This document shows, in pieces, positions 8,831 to 19,070 of a DNA stretch of 43,862 bases. Within the stretch, counting starts at the first letter, position 1. Each line of letters opens with the position of its first letter. Below the pieces are notes generated by a model. The model did no database searches and was not told the origin of the DNA. It saw only the letters and a list, made by a program, of their open reading frames with translations. The stretch is from Rhodoferax sp. OV413 (GTDB taxonomy: Bacteria; Pseudomonadota; Gammaproteobacteria; Burkholderiales; Burkholderiaceae_C), in contig CAMCZF010000001.1 of the NCBI GenBank assembly GCA_945885775.1, positions 1 to 43,862 on the forward strand, in the 5' to 3' direction. Position numbers and translations under genes: made by a program.

Positions 8831-9598
8831 TCAGGCCGCGCCGTGGGCGTCGGCAATGCAACGCAGGTAGTCACCAACGGCGGCGCTGTAGCCCATCTCC
8901 AGCGCGTCGGCGATCAGCGCATGGCCAATTGACACCTCTTGCACGCCCGGTACCTCGCGCAAAAAGGCAGTCAGGTTGTCGCGGTTGAGGTCGTGCCCGG
9001 CGTTGATGCCCAGGCCAGCGGCGCGGGCGGCACGGGCGGCTTCGGCGAAACGCTTCAACTGCGTGGCCCGCGCAGGCGTGGCCCAGGCCGCGGCATAAGG
9101 TTCGGTGTAAAGCTCCACCCGGTCAGCGCCGACCGCGCGGGCTGCGGCCATGGCCGAGGCATCAGCGTCCATGAACAGGCTGACCCGCGCCCCTAGGGCA
9201 TGGGCCTGTGCAATCAGCGGACGCAGCCGTTCGGCGTCGGTCGGGAAATTCCAGCCGTGGTCGCTGGTGAACTGGCCCTCTGCATCGGGCACAAAGGTGA
9301 CCTGCTGCACCGGCAAGAGGCGCGCCCGCACATCGGCCACGACCGCCATCAGGTTGTGGAATGGGTTGCCCTCGATGTTGTATTCGCGTCCAGGCCATTG
9401 CTGCACAAGGGCTGCAAGTTCCGGTACATCCGCGGCGCGAATGTGCCGCTCGTCGGGCCGCGGGTGCACGGTGATGCCTTTGGCGCCGGCTTGAAGGCAC
9501 AGTGTGGCGGCGCGAGTCAGGCTGGGGATGCCAAGGTGACGGGTGTTGCGCAGGGTGGCAACCTTGTTGACGTTGACGGAGAGTGCGGTGGTGTTCAT
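8831..9598 (-). CDS. pdxJ: Pyridoxine 5'-phosphate synthase
   Basis: [49 protein letters not shown] 9598 overlaps recO stop. Confidence 0.96.
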   Translation of the reverse strand: MNTTALSVNVNKVATLRNTRHLGIPSLTRAATLCLQAGAKGITVHPRPDERHIRAADVPELAALVQQWPGREYNIEGNPFHNLMAVVADVRARLLPVQQVTFVPDAEGQFTSDHGWNFPTDAERLRPLIAQAHALGARVSLFMDADASAMAAARAVGADRVELYTEPYAAAWATPARATQLKRFAEAARAARAAGLGINAGHDLNRDNLTAFLREVPGVQEVSIGHALIADALEMGYSAAVGDYLRCIADAHGAA

Positions 9599-10347
9599 AG
9601 GGATTGCAGGTCGATCATCATTTGCCGGGTACGCAGGGTGCCCACGCCGCAATGGTAATTCAGCAGGGCGCGCAGTTGCGGCTTGAGCTCAGCCATCACC
9701 GCAGCGCAAGTGCGCAGGGTGGTGGCAAACGGCGCGTTATTGCCCAGCACTTGCTGCAGTTCGGCCCATTGTGAACCGCTCAGGCTGGCGCGATCCGTCG
9801 CGGCCGTCTGGCGCAGGCCGCCTTCGGGCACCAGGCTGTAGCGCGCGTCAGGGTCCAACACGCCAAGCGTCATGGTTTGGGCATCCAGCAGCGGCAGCAG
9901 GCCGATCTCGCGCAGCAACAGCAGCTCAAAGGCCCGCAGCGCCGCCTGCAACAGTTCGGCGTGGCCACTGGCCAAGACTGCTGTCACTTGCGCGTATAGA
10001 TCAAACAGGGCCGGGTGCGGGTCATCCCGCGCCAGCAACGTGAGCAGCAACTCATTGAGGTAGTACCCCGACAGCAAGGCGTCGCCAGTGGGCATGACAT
10101 GGCCACCTACCCACTCTGCAGCCTTCAGGGTGCGGATTTCAGTGTCGCCACCAAAATTCAGACGCAGCGGCTGCAATGGCAGCAAGATCGGCCGAAAGTT
10201 GGAGCTGGGCCGCTTCGCTCCCTTGGCCACCAAGGCGATACGCCCATGGTGCCGCGTGAACACCTCAAGAATAAGGCTGGACTCGCTCCAGTCGTAGCGG
10301 TGCAGCACATAGGCTGGCTCATCAGAAAACCGGTTACTCGTAGCCAA
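9595..10347 (-). CDS. recO: DNA repair protein RecO
   Basis: [47 protein letters not shown] start inferred at 10347, overlapping the era end. Confidence 0.93.
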   Translation of the reverse strand: MATSNRFSDEPAYVLHRYDWSESSLILEVFTRHHGRIALVAKGAKRPSSNFRPILLPLQPLRLNFGGDTEIRTLKAAEWVGGHVMPTGDALLSGYYLNELLLTLLARDDPHPALFDLYAQVTAVLASGHAELLQAALRAFELLLLREIGLLPLLDAQTMTLGVLDPDARYSLVPEGGLRQTAATDRASLSGSQWAELQQVLGNNAPFATTLRTCAAVMAELKPQLRALLNYHCGVGTLRTRQMMIDLQSL

Positions 10348-11362
10348 AGCTGCGCACCCGCGCTTCGTCGTCGGCCCAGCCTGAGCGCACTTTGACCCAG
10401 AGCTCGATGAACACCTTGGCATCCAGCAGTTTTTCCAGTTCGACCCGGGTCTCGGTGCCGATGCGCTTGATGCGCTCGCCCTTGTCACCAATCACCATGG
10501 CCTTGTGGGTGTCTCGCTCGACAACGATGGTGGCGGCGATACGCAGCAAGCGCTTTTGCTTGCCGCGCCCGGCCTCTTCGCCAAATTTGTCGATGATCAC
10601 GGTCGAGGTGTAGGGCAACTCGTCGCCAGTCAGGCGAAACAACTTTTCACGCACCGTCTCGCTGGCCAGAAATTTCTCACTGCGATCGGTCAGCTCATCT
10701 TCAGCGTACCACCAGGACTGCTCGGGTAAAAAGCGCTCGCATAGGACCAGCAGGCGTTCGATATCCCGGGCATTCTTGGCCGACATCGGGACAAATTCGG
10801 TAAACGCATGGCGTTGTTGCATCTCTTGCAGCCAGGGCGCAATGTCGCCGCGGCGGTGGATCTGGTCGAACTTGTTGGCCACCAGCAGCGTCGGAATATC
10901 TTTGCCCAGCAAGCCGAGCACGCGGGCATCAGCCTGATTGAACTGACCAGCCTCCACCACAAACAGGATCAGGTCAACATCGCCCACCGCGCCCAGCACC
11001 GTCTTGTTGAGCGAGCGGTTCAAAGCGTTGTTGTGTCGGGTCTGGAAGCCCGGGGTGTCAACAAACACGAACTGGGTCGCACCCTGGGTGCGCATGCCGG
11101 TAATCCGGTGTCGGGTGGTTTGCGCCTTGCGCGAAGTGATGCTGATCTTCTGGCCTACCAGCGCATTGAGCAGGGTGGACTTGCCCACATTGGGCTTGCC
11201 AACAATGGCGATCAAGCCACAGCGCTGGCCTGGCACAGGCACCCCGCCCGCCGGCGCAGCACGCAAGCCCTTGAGCATGCTGGCCAAGGCCGCAGCCTGG
11301 TCATCGGCACTGGGCTCGGCGGTGTCGTCTTGGTTGTCAGTGGTCGATTCAGTCGCGTTCAT
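10334..11362 (-). CDS. era: GTPase Era
   Basis: [23 protein letters not shown]-domain [13 protein letters not shown]. Confidence 0.97.
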   Translation of the reverse strand: MNATESTTDNQDDTAEPSADDQAAALASMLKGLRAAPAGGVPVPGQRCGLIAIVGKPNVGKSTLLNALVGQKISITSRKAQTTRHRITGMRTQGATQFVFVDTPGFQTRHNNALNRSLNKTVLGAVGDVDLILFVVEAGQFNQADARVLGLLGKDIPTLLVANKFDQIHRRGDIAPWLQEMQQRHAFTEFVPMSAKNARDIERLLVLCERFLPEQSWWYAEDELTDRSEKFLASETVREKLFRLTGDELPYTSTVIIDKFGEEAGRGKQKRLLRIAATIVVERDTHKAMVIGDKGERIKRIGTETRVELEKLLDAKVFIELWVKVRSGWADDEARVRSFGYE

Positions 11363-12045
11363 TTGCTTGCCCCAGCTTTCAGTGTTTGCAGCATGGCCGT
11401 AGCTGCAGCCTGCTCGGCGGCGCGGCGCGAGCCGCCAATGCCACGCTCGGCCAGGCCGAATTCGGTGATTTCACATTCGACATCAAAGGTCTGCTTGTGC
11501 GCCACTCCCAGGGTGCCGACCACCCGGTACAGGGGCAGTTTCATCTTGCGTCCCTGCAGCCATTCCTGCAACTCGGTTTTCGGGTCCTTGCCGATCGCCT
11601 CCATCTGCGGATTGATCTCGACCCCCTTGAACAAACGTTGCACCAGGGCTTGCGCAGCAGCAAAGCCGGCGTCCAGGTGCACTGCGCCGATCACGGCCTC
11701 GAGTGCATCGGCCAGAATAGAAGGTCGCTTTTGCCCACCAGAACGCGCCTCGCCCTCTCCCACTCGCAACACCTCTGGCAAACCCAGCGCCAGTGCCAGT
11801 TGATGCAGCGTGTCCTGCTTGACCAAATTGGCGCGCACACGCGACAGGTCACCTTCGGGCAGGGCCTTGAGCTGCGCATACAGCAGGTCGGCGACCGCCA
11901 GGTTCAGCACCGAGTCGCCCAAAAACTCCAGCCTCTCGTTGTGGTCAATGGAGAAACTGCGGTGCGTCAGCGCCTGCGTCAGCAGTTGAGGTGTCGCGAA
12001 ATCATGCTGCAAGCGCTGCTGCAAGGCGACCAGTCCGTCGTTCAC
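11359..12045 (-). CDS. rnc: Ribonuclease III
   Basis: [28 protein letters not shown], ds[17 protein letters not shown] start inferred at 12045. Confidence 0.96.
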   Translation of the reverse strand: MNDGLVALQQRLQHDFATPQLLTQALTHRSFSIDHNERLEFLGDSVLNLAVADLLYAQLKALPEGDLSRVRANLVKQDTLHQLALALGLPEVLRVGEGEARSGGQKRPSILADALEAVIGAVHLDAGFAAAQALVQRLFKGVEINPQMEAIGKDPKTELQEWLQGRKMKLPLYRVVGTLGVAHKQTFDVECEITEFGLAERGIGGSRRAAEQAAATAMLQTLKAGASK

Positions 12046-12086
12046 TCGCAACGACCTTGGCGCGGGCAAAGTCTGACTGGGACCAT
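12042..12086 (-). pseudogene. 14-codon minigene [14 protein letters not shown] between lepB and rnc; probable internally deleted remnant of the gene (DUF4845 family) usually found here
   Basis: ATG 5 nt after the lepB stop. Its TGA overlaps the rnc GTG (GTGA). Identity as a DUF4845 remnant is inferred from synteny. Confidence 0.45.
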
Positions 12087-12091
12087 TCGGC

Positions 12092-13057
12092 TCAATTGAA
12101 AGACCCAATGCGCTTGAGGTTGCCAAAATTCATCCAGACAAAGAACGCACGCCCCACGATGTTTTTGTCCGGTACGAAACCCCAGTAGCGCGAGTCGAGC
12201 GAGTTATCGCGGTTGTCGCCCATCATGAAGTAGTGACCCGCTGGCACCTTGCACACCACGCCCTCGGCGCTGTAACGACAGTTTTCCTTGAAAGGAAAAT
12301 CATCTGCGCCAGGCACAAAACCCGGCCGGTCATCGTCATTCAGCACCCGGTGCCGACGCTCGCCAAAGGTTTCCTCGTACTGCTTGAAGTAGCGCATCAC
12401 GTCTTCGTCAAAAAACTCAGGCACTGCCGCGGTGGGCATCGCTTGGCCATTAATGGTGAGTCGCTTGTTGATGTAGGCCACCTCGTCACCGGGCACGCCG
12501 ACCACGCGCTTGATGTAGTCAAGGCTGGGTTTGGGCGGGTAGCGAAAGACCATCACGTCGCCACGCATGGGCGGCGTGCCTTCGGTGATCTTGGTATTGA
12601 GCACCGGCAGCCGCAAACCGTAGTGAAACTTGTTGACCAGGATCAGGTCACCGATCCACAGCGTCGGGATCATCGAGCCCGAGGGGATTTTGAAAGGCTC
12701 AAAAAGGAAAGAGCGCAGCAGGAAAACGGCCAGGATTACCGGGAATAAACCCGCCGTCCAGTCAAGCCACCAGGGTTGCGCCAGAACGGCCGCCCGGGCT
12801 GGCGCAGTGTCCGTGTCAACTTGGGTGATGCCCATTTTGAGCAACTCTTGGCGACGCTGCACAGCCTGCGCCTCCAGCAGGGCCGCAGCCTTCTGCCTCG
12901 CCGGCAAAAAATGAAAGCGTTCCGCAAGCCAGTAGACGCCCGCGACAAGCGTGGCCAAAAACAACAGCAGCGCGAAGTTGCCCTCGACCATACCGAAGTA
13001 CCAAGAGCCGGCATAGCCCGCAAAGGCTGCGAGCACAAATGCTGTGAGGGCCTGCAT
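12092..13057 (-). CDS. lepB: Signal peptidase I
   Basis: EPFKIPSGSMIPTL, DYIKRVVGVPGD, GDNRDNSLDSRYWG. ATG overlaps lepA stop (TGATG). Confidence 0.97.
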   Translation of the reverse strand: MQALTAFVLAAFAGYAGSWYFGMVEGNFALLLFLATLVAGVYWLAERFHFLPARQKAAALLEAQAVQRRQELLKMGITQVDTDTAPARAAVLAQPWWLDWTAGLFPVILAVFLLRSFLFEPFKIPSGSMIPTLWIGDLILVNKFHYGLRLPVLNTKITEGTPPMRGDVMVFRYPPKPSLDYIKRVVGVPGDEVAYINKRLTINGQAMPTAAVPEFFDEDVMRYFKQYEETFGERRHRVLNDDDRPGFVPGADDFPFKENCRYSAEGVVCKVPAGHYFMMGDNRDNSLDSRYWGFVPDKNIVGRAFFVWMNFGNLKRIGSFN

Positions 13058-14868
13058 CAATCGTCCACCTGCAGAATTGCCAGAAAGGCCTCTTGTGGCA
13101 CTTCTACGGAGCCAATTTGCTTCATGCGTTTTTTCCCTGCTTTTTGTTTGTCGAGGAGCTTGCGTTTGCGCGAAATATCGCCGCCGTAACACTTGGCGAT
13201 CACGTTCTTGCGAAGGGCTTTGATTGTCTCACGCGCAATGATGTTGGCCCCAATGGCGGCCTGGATCGCCACGTCATACATCTGGCGCGAAATGATCTCT
13301 CGCATCTTGGCAACCACCGCTCGACCGCGGTATTGCGACTGCGACCGATGCACGATGATGGACAGCGCGTCCACCTTGTCGCCATTGAGCAAGATATCGA
13401 CCTTAACCACGTCGGCGGCGCGGTACTCCTTAAACTCGTAATCCATCGAAGCGTAGCCGCGAGATACCGATTTCAGCTTGTCAAAAAAGTCCAGGACGAT
13501 CTCAGCCAGCGGCATCTCATAGGTGAGCATGACCTGCCGACCATGGTAGGCCATGTTCATCTGCATGCCGCGCTTTTGGTTGGCCAGCGTCATCACCGCA
13601 CCCACATAGTCTTGGGGCATGTACAGGTGCACCGTGACAATGGGCTCGCGGACTTCATCCAGCCGACCCTGGTCGGGCATCTTGGACGGGTTCTCCACCA
13701 TGCGCACCTCGCCGTCGGCCTGAACCACCTGGTACACCACACTGGGCGCAGTGGTGATCAGGTCTTGGTCGAACTCTCGCTCGAGCCGCTCCTGCACGAT
13801 CTCCATGTGCAGTAGGCCGAGAAAGCCGCAGCGAAAACCAAAGCCCAGCGCCTGTGACACTTCGGGCTCGTAATGCAGCGACGCGTCGTTGAGCTTGAGC
13901 TTTTCCAAGCTGTCACGCAAGCCCTCATACTGGTTGGCCTCAGTCGGGTAGAGCCCGGCAAACACCTGAGGCTGAATTTCCTTGAACCCGGGCAGCGCCT
14001 CGGTGGCTGTGAGCGCCGCACCGCCTGTACCTGGTTTGATCAAGGTGACGGTATCACCCACTTTGGCCGCCTGCAGTTCGCGGATGCCGGCAATGATGTA
14101 ACCGACCTCGCCCGCCTCCAGCGAGGGCCGCGGCTCATTGCCCGGCGTGAAGACACCCAGCGTGTCGGCGTTGTAGGTGGCGCCGGTGGCCATCAACTTA
14201 ATGCGTTCGCCGCGGGCCAACCGGCCGTCAACGACACGCACCAACATCACAACACCCACATAGCTGTCAAACCAGCTGTCAATGATCATGGCGCGCAGCG
14301 CGCCTTTGGGGTTGCCTTTGGGAGCTGGAATACGGGCGACCACGGCCTCAAGTATTTCGTCAATGCCCATGCCGGTCTTGGCCGAACAGGGGATGGCGTC
14401 CGTGGCGTCGATGCCGATGACATCCTCGATTTCGATCTTGGCGTTCTCCGGATCAGCGTTGGGCAGATCCATCTTGTTGAGCACCGGCACCACCTCGACC
14501 CCAAGGTCCAGCGCGGTGTAGCAATTGGCCACAGTCTGCGCTTCAACGCCCTGGCTGGCATCGACCACCAGCAGCGCGCCCTCGCAGGCCGACAGGGAGC
14601 GACTGACTTCGTATGAGAAGTCTACGTGGCCAGGTGTGTCAATCAAATTCAGGTTATAGGTCTGACCGTCAAGGGCCTTGTAATGCAGCGCCGCGGTCTG
14701 TGCCTTGATGGTTATCCCACGCTCTTTCTCGATGTCCATCGAGTCCAGCACCTGCGCCTCCATCTCGCGTTCCTGCAAGCCGCCACAACGCTGGATCAGG
14801 CGGTCAGCCAGGGTCGACTTACCATGGTCAATGTGGGCAATGATCGAGAAATTTCTGATGTGATTCAT
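13057..14868 (-). CDS. lepA: Elongation factor 4 (LepA)
   Basis: [54 protein letters not shown]. Confidence 0.99.
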   Translation of the reverse strand: MNHIRNFSIIAHIDHGKSTLADRLIQRCGGLQEREMEAQVLDSMDIEKERGITIKAQTAALHYKALDGQTYNLNLIDTPGHVDFSYEVSRSLSACEGALLVVDASQGVEAQTVANCYTALDLGVEVVPVLNKMDLPNADPENAKIEIEDVIGIDATDAIPCSAKTGMGIDEILEAVVARIPAPKGNPKGALRAMIIDSWFDSYVGVVMLVRVVDGRLARGERIKLMATGATYNADTLGVFTPGNEPRPSLEAGEVGYIIAGIRELQAAKVGDTVTLIKPGTGGAALTATEALPGFKEIQPQVFAGLYPTEANQYEGLRDSLEKLKLNDASLHYEPEVSQALGFGFRCGFLGLLHMEIVQERLEREFDQDLITTAPSVVYQVVQADGEVRMVENPSKMPDQGRLDEVREPIVTVHLYMPQDYVGAVMTLANQKRGMQMNMAYHGRQVMLTYEMPLAEIVLDFFDKLKSVSRGYASMDYEFKEYRAADVVKVDILLNGDKVDALSIIVHRSQSQYRGRAVVAKMREIISRQMYDVAIQAAIGANIIARETIKALRKNVIAKCYGGDISRKRKLLDKQKAGKKRMKQIGSVEVPQEAFLAILQVDD

Positions 14869-14909
14869 CAACGGGAACGTTCAAGTGATTGAATTAAAAG
14901 CGTCTGACC

Positions 14910-14944
14910 AAGAAAAAAGGGCGCGTCGGAATTGGACGCGCCCT
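14910..14944 (-). terminator. Intrinsic terminator-like hairpin ~40 nt upstream of the lepA start
   Basis: Minus strand AGGGCGCGTC-CAATTCC-GACGCGCCCT followed by TTTTTCTT. Confidence 0.75.
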
Positions 14945-14983
14945 GAACCAACAGTCTTTGGCAACTGCGAAAGTTGGAACTTC

Positions 14984-14989
14984 ATTGTA
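14984..14989 (-). promoter_or_regulatory. Candidate -10 element for the lepA operon
   Basis: TACAAT on the minus strand, ~120 nt upstream of lepA. Confidence 0.45.
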
Positions 14990-15058
14990 GGCAAAAAGTC
15001 ACTGGCGGGCCGCCGAACAACAATTTGGGATACACGTTGCATGTCAGCAACATCTTTA

Positions 15059-15078
15059 TTGTTCACAGCTTATTCACA
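15059..15078 (+). promoter_or_regulatory. Tandem DnaA-box-like 9-mers
   Basis: TTGTTCACA (15059-15067, one mismatch) and TTATTCACA (15070-15078, exact TTWTNCACA match), starting 11 bp apart. Confidence 0.55.
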
Positions 15079-15318
15079 ATTATTTAACGAAGCAAGGGAG
15101 TGCGGTGTGGGCGAGCTGCTGACCAACCGCCGGATCCCGGGGTCTATCTCGTATCGTGGATTTATGCCGACCCTTTATGCCAGTAACCCTCGGCATCGGG
15201 CCCCCATTCTAACCAGAATCGCACTTAGCCTTCGCCAAAGTTAGTGTATGCCCACTTATGCAGACATCGGGAACACCCGAAATAAATTAACCGCGCATCA
15301 GCGCAGGCTCGGTATTTC

Positions 15319-15361
15319 GCAAAAAGACCCAAAGTCCCTGGGGAGATTAAAGTCTTTTTGC
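15319..15361. terminator. Possible bidirectional terminator/hairpin downstream of degP
   Basis: GCAAAAAGAC (15319-15328) and GTCTTTTTGC (15352-15361) are 10-bp inverted repeats just past the degP stop. The loop is long and the stem is AT-rich. Confidence 0.4.
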
Positions 15362-15372
15362 TGAGCGCAATG

Positions 15373-16836
15373 CTAGCGCGTGGGACGGATCACCGCGTAC
15401 TGGGCCCATTCGCCGCGACGGAACTGGACGCTGATCGGCTTAGACTTGTCAAGCTTGGCCACCGCTGCCTCGAAGTCCTTGACAGTATTGACCTCGATAT
15501 TGGCAATCGCCACCAGCACATCACCCTCGCGCATGCCTGCCCGCGCAGCGGCATCAACCACCGCATCGACACGCACCCCACCTTTGAGCTTGAGATCCTT
15601 CTTCTGCGCCTCGGTCAGGTCGCTGACCGACATCCCCAGCGCCTGACCGGCACTTGAGGTTTTGGGCTTTTCTTCCGGCTCGTTGGCTTTGCGCGCCGGC
15701 TTGTCGGCTTCGATCTCCGCAATGGTGACCGACAAATCCTTGTAGCTGCCGCGTCGAAACACCGTCAACGAACTCCGTGTACCGGGCTTGGTCGCACCCA
15801 CCATCCGCGGCAGATCACTGGACTTTTCGACGGCCTTGCCTTCAAACTTGACGATGATGTCGCCCGCCTCCACGCCGGCCTTGTCGGCCGGAGCACCAGG
15901 TTCAACTGCCCGCACCAACGCACCCTGCGCCTTGCCCAGACCGATGGACTCCGCCACTTCTTTGGTCACCTGGTCGATCTGCACCCCAATTCGGCCACGC
16001 GAGACCCTACCCGAGACGCGCAATTGCTCACTCACGCGCACTGCCTCATCCATCGGAATGGCGAACGAAATCCCCATCGAGCCGCCTGAACGTGAATAGA
16101 TCTGACTGTTGATGCCAACCACCTCGCCACGCATGTTGATCAGCGGTCCGCCCGAGTTACCGGGATTGATGGCCACGTCGGTCTGGATGAAGGGCAGGTA
16201 ATCGCCGGTGTCGCGCTGCTTGGCGCTGACGATGCCTGCGGTCACAGTATTTTCAAGGCCGAACGGCGAGCCGATGGCCATCACCCACTCTCCCACCTTG
16301 AGCCGACTGACGTCCCCCACCTTAACGGCTGGCAGTCCAACTGCATCGATCTTGACCAGGGCGACGTCGCTGCGTTTGTCGGCGCCGATGAGTTTGGCCT
16401 TGAACTCGCGCTTGTCGGTCAGCGTGACGATGACCTCATCCGCGCCCTCCACCACATGGGCGTTGGTCATGATCAGGCCATCGCTCGACAGGATGAAGCC
16501 GGAGCCGACCCCGCGCGGTTGCTCTTCCTCCTGGGGTTGAGGCCGGTTGGGCCTGGGCGTCTGACGCGGTACGTTGGGCATGGGCAGGCCAAAGCGCTTG
16601 AAGAATTCCAGCATCTCCTCATCGGTACCGCCAGCCCCGCCGCGAGCAGCCACTTTTTCGACGGTGCGGATATTCACCACCGACGGCCCGACCTGCTCCA
16701 CCAGGTCGGTGAAGTCAGGCAGTGTGCGGGTCTGAGCCAGCGCGGGTGCTGCAGGCAGGATGCCCACTGCCGCAGTCATTGCCAGGACCAGCGTCAGCGC
16801 TAGCGCTTGCCGCTTTTTCTTATCGATTAAAGCCAT
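15373..16836 (-). CDS. degP: HtrA/DegP-DegQ (MucD-like) periplasmic serine protease with two PDZ domains
   Basis: GSGFI, TNAHVV, QTDVAINPGNSGGPL, signal peptide. GAAAGG RBS before ATG 16836. Confidence 0.93.
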   Translation of the reverse strand: MALIDKKKRQALALTLVLAMTAAVGILPAAPALAQTRTLPDFTDLVEQVGPSVVNIRTVEKVAARGGAGGTDEEMLEFFKRFGLPMPNVPRQTPRPNRPQPQEEEQPRGVGSGFILSSDGLIMTNAHVVEGADEVIVTLTDKREFKAKLIGADKRSDVALVKIDAVGLPAVKVGDVSRLKVGEWVMAIGSPFGLENTVTAGIVSAKQRDTGDYLPFIQTDVAINPGNSGGPLINMRGEVVGINSQIYSRSGGSMGISFAIPMDEAVRVSEQLRVSGRVSRGRIGVQIDQVTKEVAESIGLGKAQGALVRAVEPGAPADKAGVEAGDIIVKFEGKAVEKSSDLPRMVGATKPGTRSSLTVFRRGSYKDLSVTIAEIEADKPARKANEPEEKPKTSSAGQALGMSVSDLTEAQKKDLKLKGGVRVDAVVDAAARAGMREGDVLVAIANIEVNTVKDFEAAVAKLDKSKPISVQFRRGEWAQYAVIRPTR

Positions 16837-16875
16837 GGTCGACCTTTCATACAAAAACAAAATAAAAATGGGGTG

Positions 16876-17886
16876 CTATTTGCGCCGCTCAAGAGCCTGG
16901 GCAAATGTCAAAAGGGTTTGTTGTGGCACCTCGCCGACTACGGTCAGCCACCAGTCGCCTAGGCGGCGCGTCAAGGTATGGGTGGCGCCAAGCGCCTGGG
17001 CGCCGGGTTGGCTATGCCGCCGGGAGTCAAAGTCTTCGAGGAACAGGGAGACAGTGGCCAGGCCGTCAGAAAAAATCCATTGCAGGGTGTTGTCGTGGCG
17101 ACCCTCAGCGGCGCTGGCGCCCGGACGCCGGTAGCAACTCATCGGCTGAAAGCCGGGCACCGGAGCCTTGAGCGCCCAGCCCTCGGCTACGGCCGTCGTC
17201 TTCACCAAATCCGGCGTCTCAACCAGGTAACCCTCGGTGTTGCCCATCATCTGGCTCAGACGCGCCATGCTGACTGGTGCATCAAGCTGCAGATCCGAGA
17301 ATGCCGCCTGCTCCAGCACCTGGCCTTCGAAATTCAGCGTTTGCAACTTCACCACCAAGCCGGTCTTTTTTTCAGTCCAGACTTGATAGGCAAAGCGGAG
17401 CTTGTCACGCGGGCGAAGCTGAATCACATCCGTTTCAAAACCGGCGACGCGTTCGTGGCCAGCCGGCCGCAGGCTGTAAAACCGAGCAATCGAGGCATCG
17501 CCCGACTGCAGTAAATTCGGGAATAGGCCGAAAGATTCACGCCGCTCGGACACCGCCACGCGGCTGTCAGGAAAAAACGTCAGCACTTGCTCATTTCGGC
17601 GAAAGGTCGACCGTGGGGCGCCGGTCAGTGTCTCGACCCGCTCCATTTGCTGTTCACCGTCGCACACATGCCAAATTCGCGCACTGGACATGCTGCTGCC
17701 CACCGAGACGACAAACGTACCGATGTAGGTGCGCTTACGCGAGGCCTCATGCATGCGCAGCAACCACTCGCCCAATCGCCGGTCCTCGGCAGGCCCCGGG
17801 GTTGCTGCAGCAGCCGCCTGCCTAGTCTGCCCACCAGCAGTGAGGGCAAGCAAGCAGCCGGCGAGCAGCCAAGCAAAAAATCTCAA
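16876..17886 (-). CDS. rseB: Sigma-E regulatory protein RseB/MucB
   Basis: YIGTFV...SSARIWH, PRDKLRFAY, FSDGLATVSLF, VVGEVP. Lies between rseA and degP. Confidence 0.92.
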   Translation of the reverse strand: MRFFAWLLAGCLLALTAGGQTRQAAAAATPGPAEDRRLGEWLLRMHEASRKRTYIGTFVVSVGSSMSSARIWHVCDGEQQMERVETLTGAPRSTFRRNEQVLTFFPDSRVAVSERRESFGLFPNLLQSGDASIARFYSLRPAGHERVAGFETDVIQLRPRDKLRFAYQVWTEKKTGLVVKLQTLNFEGQVLEQAAFSDLQLDAPVSMARLSQMMGNTEGYLVETPDLVKTTAVAEGWALKAPVPGFQPMSCYRRPGASAAEGRHDNTLQWIFSDGLATVSLFLEDFDSRRHSQPGAQALGATHTLTRRLGDWWLTVVGEVPQQTLLTFAQALERRK

Positions 17887-18434
17887 GGTGCCCCCCCTTG
17901 GAAGGTGGCATTACGTAAAAAACCAGCCGGTGTTTGCAGGACTGAGGCACCCCCAAACTGCTTGTGAGCCGCTAGCAGGGCGTCGAGTTGGGGGTCGCGA
18001 ATCATGGCCGCCGAGGCCTCGACGCGGGGCTCGGTCGGCACCTTCGCTAATTGTTCTTGACCCGTCGCACCACCCGAATCCCGCCAGTTTTGCCAGCCAA
18101 GTAAAGATCCCGCCACCAGCAACATCACACCGGCCAGTCGCGCCCAATGAAACCGCGCGTCGTTGGCGGCTTCTAGGGTTCCGGCGGGCGTCGGCTCCTG
18201 CTGCAACCGGTCGCGCAGGCGACCAAGGAAGGCCGCATCCTCGGCAAGCCCCCCGACCTGATCCCCTCGCAACACCTCACCCAGTACATGGTAGGCCCGC
18301 CAATGCCGTTGCCCGTCCTCGGTTTGGCTAACCCAGTCAAAGGCTTGGGCCAACTCTGCACCGTCCAATTGCCCGTCAGCCAAGGCCGACGCCAGTTCAG
18401 CATCGAGATCAGAATGTTGGGGCGTCATGGTCAT
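17883..18434 (-). CDS. rseA: Anti-sigma-E factor RseA/MucA
   Basis: SALADGQL...WRAYHVLGEVLR N-terminal domain, one TM segment, MIRDPQLDALLAAH C-terminus. Confidence 0.9.
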   Translation of the reverse strand: MTMTPQHSDLDAELASALADGQLDGAELAQAFDWVSQTEDGQRHWRAYHVLGEVLRGDQVGGLAEDAAFLGRLRDRLQQEPTPAGTLEAANDARFHWARLAGVMLLVAGSLLGWQNWRDSGGATGQEQLAKVPTEPRVEASAAMIRDPQLDALLAAHKQFGGASVLQTPAGFLRNATFQGGAP

Positions 18435-18440
18435 GGTGGT

Positions 18441-19070
18441 CTACCAGCGTTTGCCGGTCTGTCTCTCCAACATCGGTTTTAATTTGGCGGAAATCAGCTC
18501 TCGCGCCCTAAAAATACGTGACCGCACCGTGCCCATCGGGCAGTCCATCACGGCGGCGATCTCTTCATAACTCAAGCCCTCAATCTCACGCAGGCTTAGC
18601 GCCTGGCGCAAATCAAGCGGCAGGGCCGCCAAACCACTGTTGACAGCAGCAGCGACTTCCTTGGCGGCAAGAATCGACTCGGGCGTTTCATCATCAGTTG
18701 GTTCCCCCGCCGCCCAAAAAGTTTCATCCTTGTCCTCATTTGATGCAAAAGCCCGGTCTGACATGGTCGGCGACCGCTTGCGTTCCTGCAAAAACTTCTT
18801 CGCCGTGTTCACGGCGATGCGGTACAGCCAGGTGTAAAACTGAGACTCTCCGCGAAATTTCGGCAGCGCACGGTAGGCCCTGATGAAAGTCTCTTGGGCA
18901 ATATCTTCGACCAGATCACTGTCCCGCACCATCCGGCCGATCAGACGTTGAAGCCGCCGCTGGTACTTGATCACCAGCAGTTCAAAGGCCCGCTGGTCAC
19001 CTTCCACGGCCCGCTGTACCAGCATCGCGTCGCTGTCGTCAGGCGGTGGGGTAGGCGGGGTATTGCTCAA
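18441..19070 (-). CDS. rpoE: ECF sigma factor RpoE (sigma-24/AlgU)
   Basis: AFELLVIKYQ, EDIAQETFIRAYRAL...FRGESQFYTWLYRIAVNTAK, EIEGLSYEEIA...GTVRSRIFRARE. Confidence 0.96.
   Translation of the reverse strand: MSNTPPTPPPDDSDAMLVQRAVEGDQRAFELLVIKYQRRLQRLIGRMVRDSDLVEDIAQETFIRAYRALPKFRGESQFYTWLYRIAVNTAKKFLQERKRSPTMSDRAFASNEDKDETFWAAGEPTDDETPESILAAKEVAAAVNSGLAALPLDLRQALSLREIEGLSYEEIAAVMDCPMGTVRSRIFRARELISAKLKPMLERQTGKRW

Noticed and set aside
11230-11362. Acidic N-terminal extension of Era; likewise the extra N-terminal TM/helical region of LepB and short inserts in NagZ and LysS
   Set aside because: Variable termini and loops with no motif and no match to the dispersed repeat; likely ordinary lineage features.
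12046-12126. Extended N-termini given by the ORF track for rnc (also recO, pdxJ, lepB, fabD, accD, ppc, yggT)
   Set aside because: The track reports the longest ORF. Downstream starts fit family N-termini, RBS positions and stop/start overlaps better.
15040-15100. Replication origin at the DnaA boxes
   Set aside because: Only two boxes, no repeated AT-rich unwinding element, and no origin-associated genes nearby.
14885-15244. 119-aa plus-strand ORF in the lepA-degP gap
   Set aside because: GTG start without an RBS, atypical codons, and it runs through the terminator hairpin, promoter and DnaA boxes. The region is better explained as regulatory.
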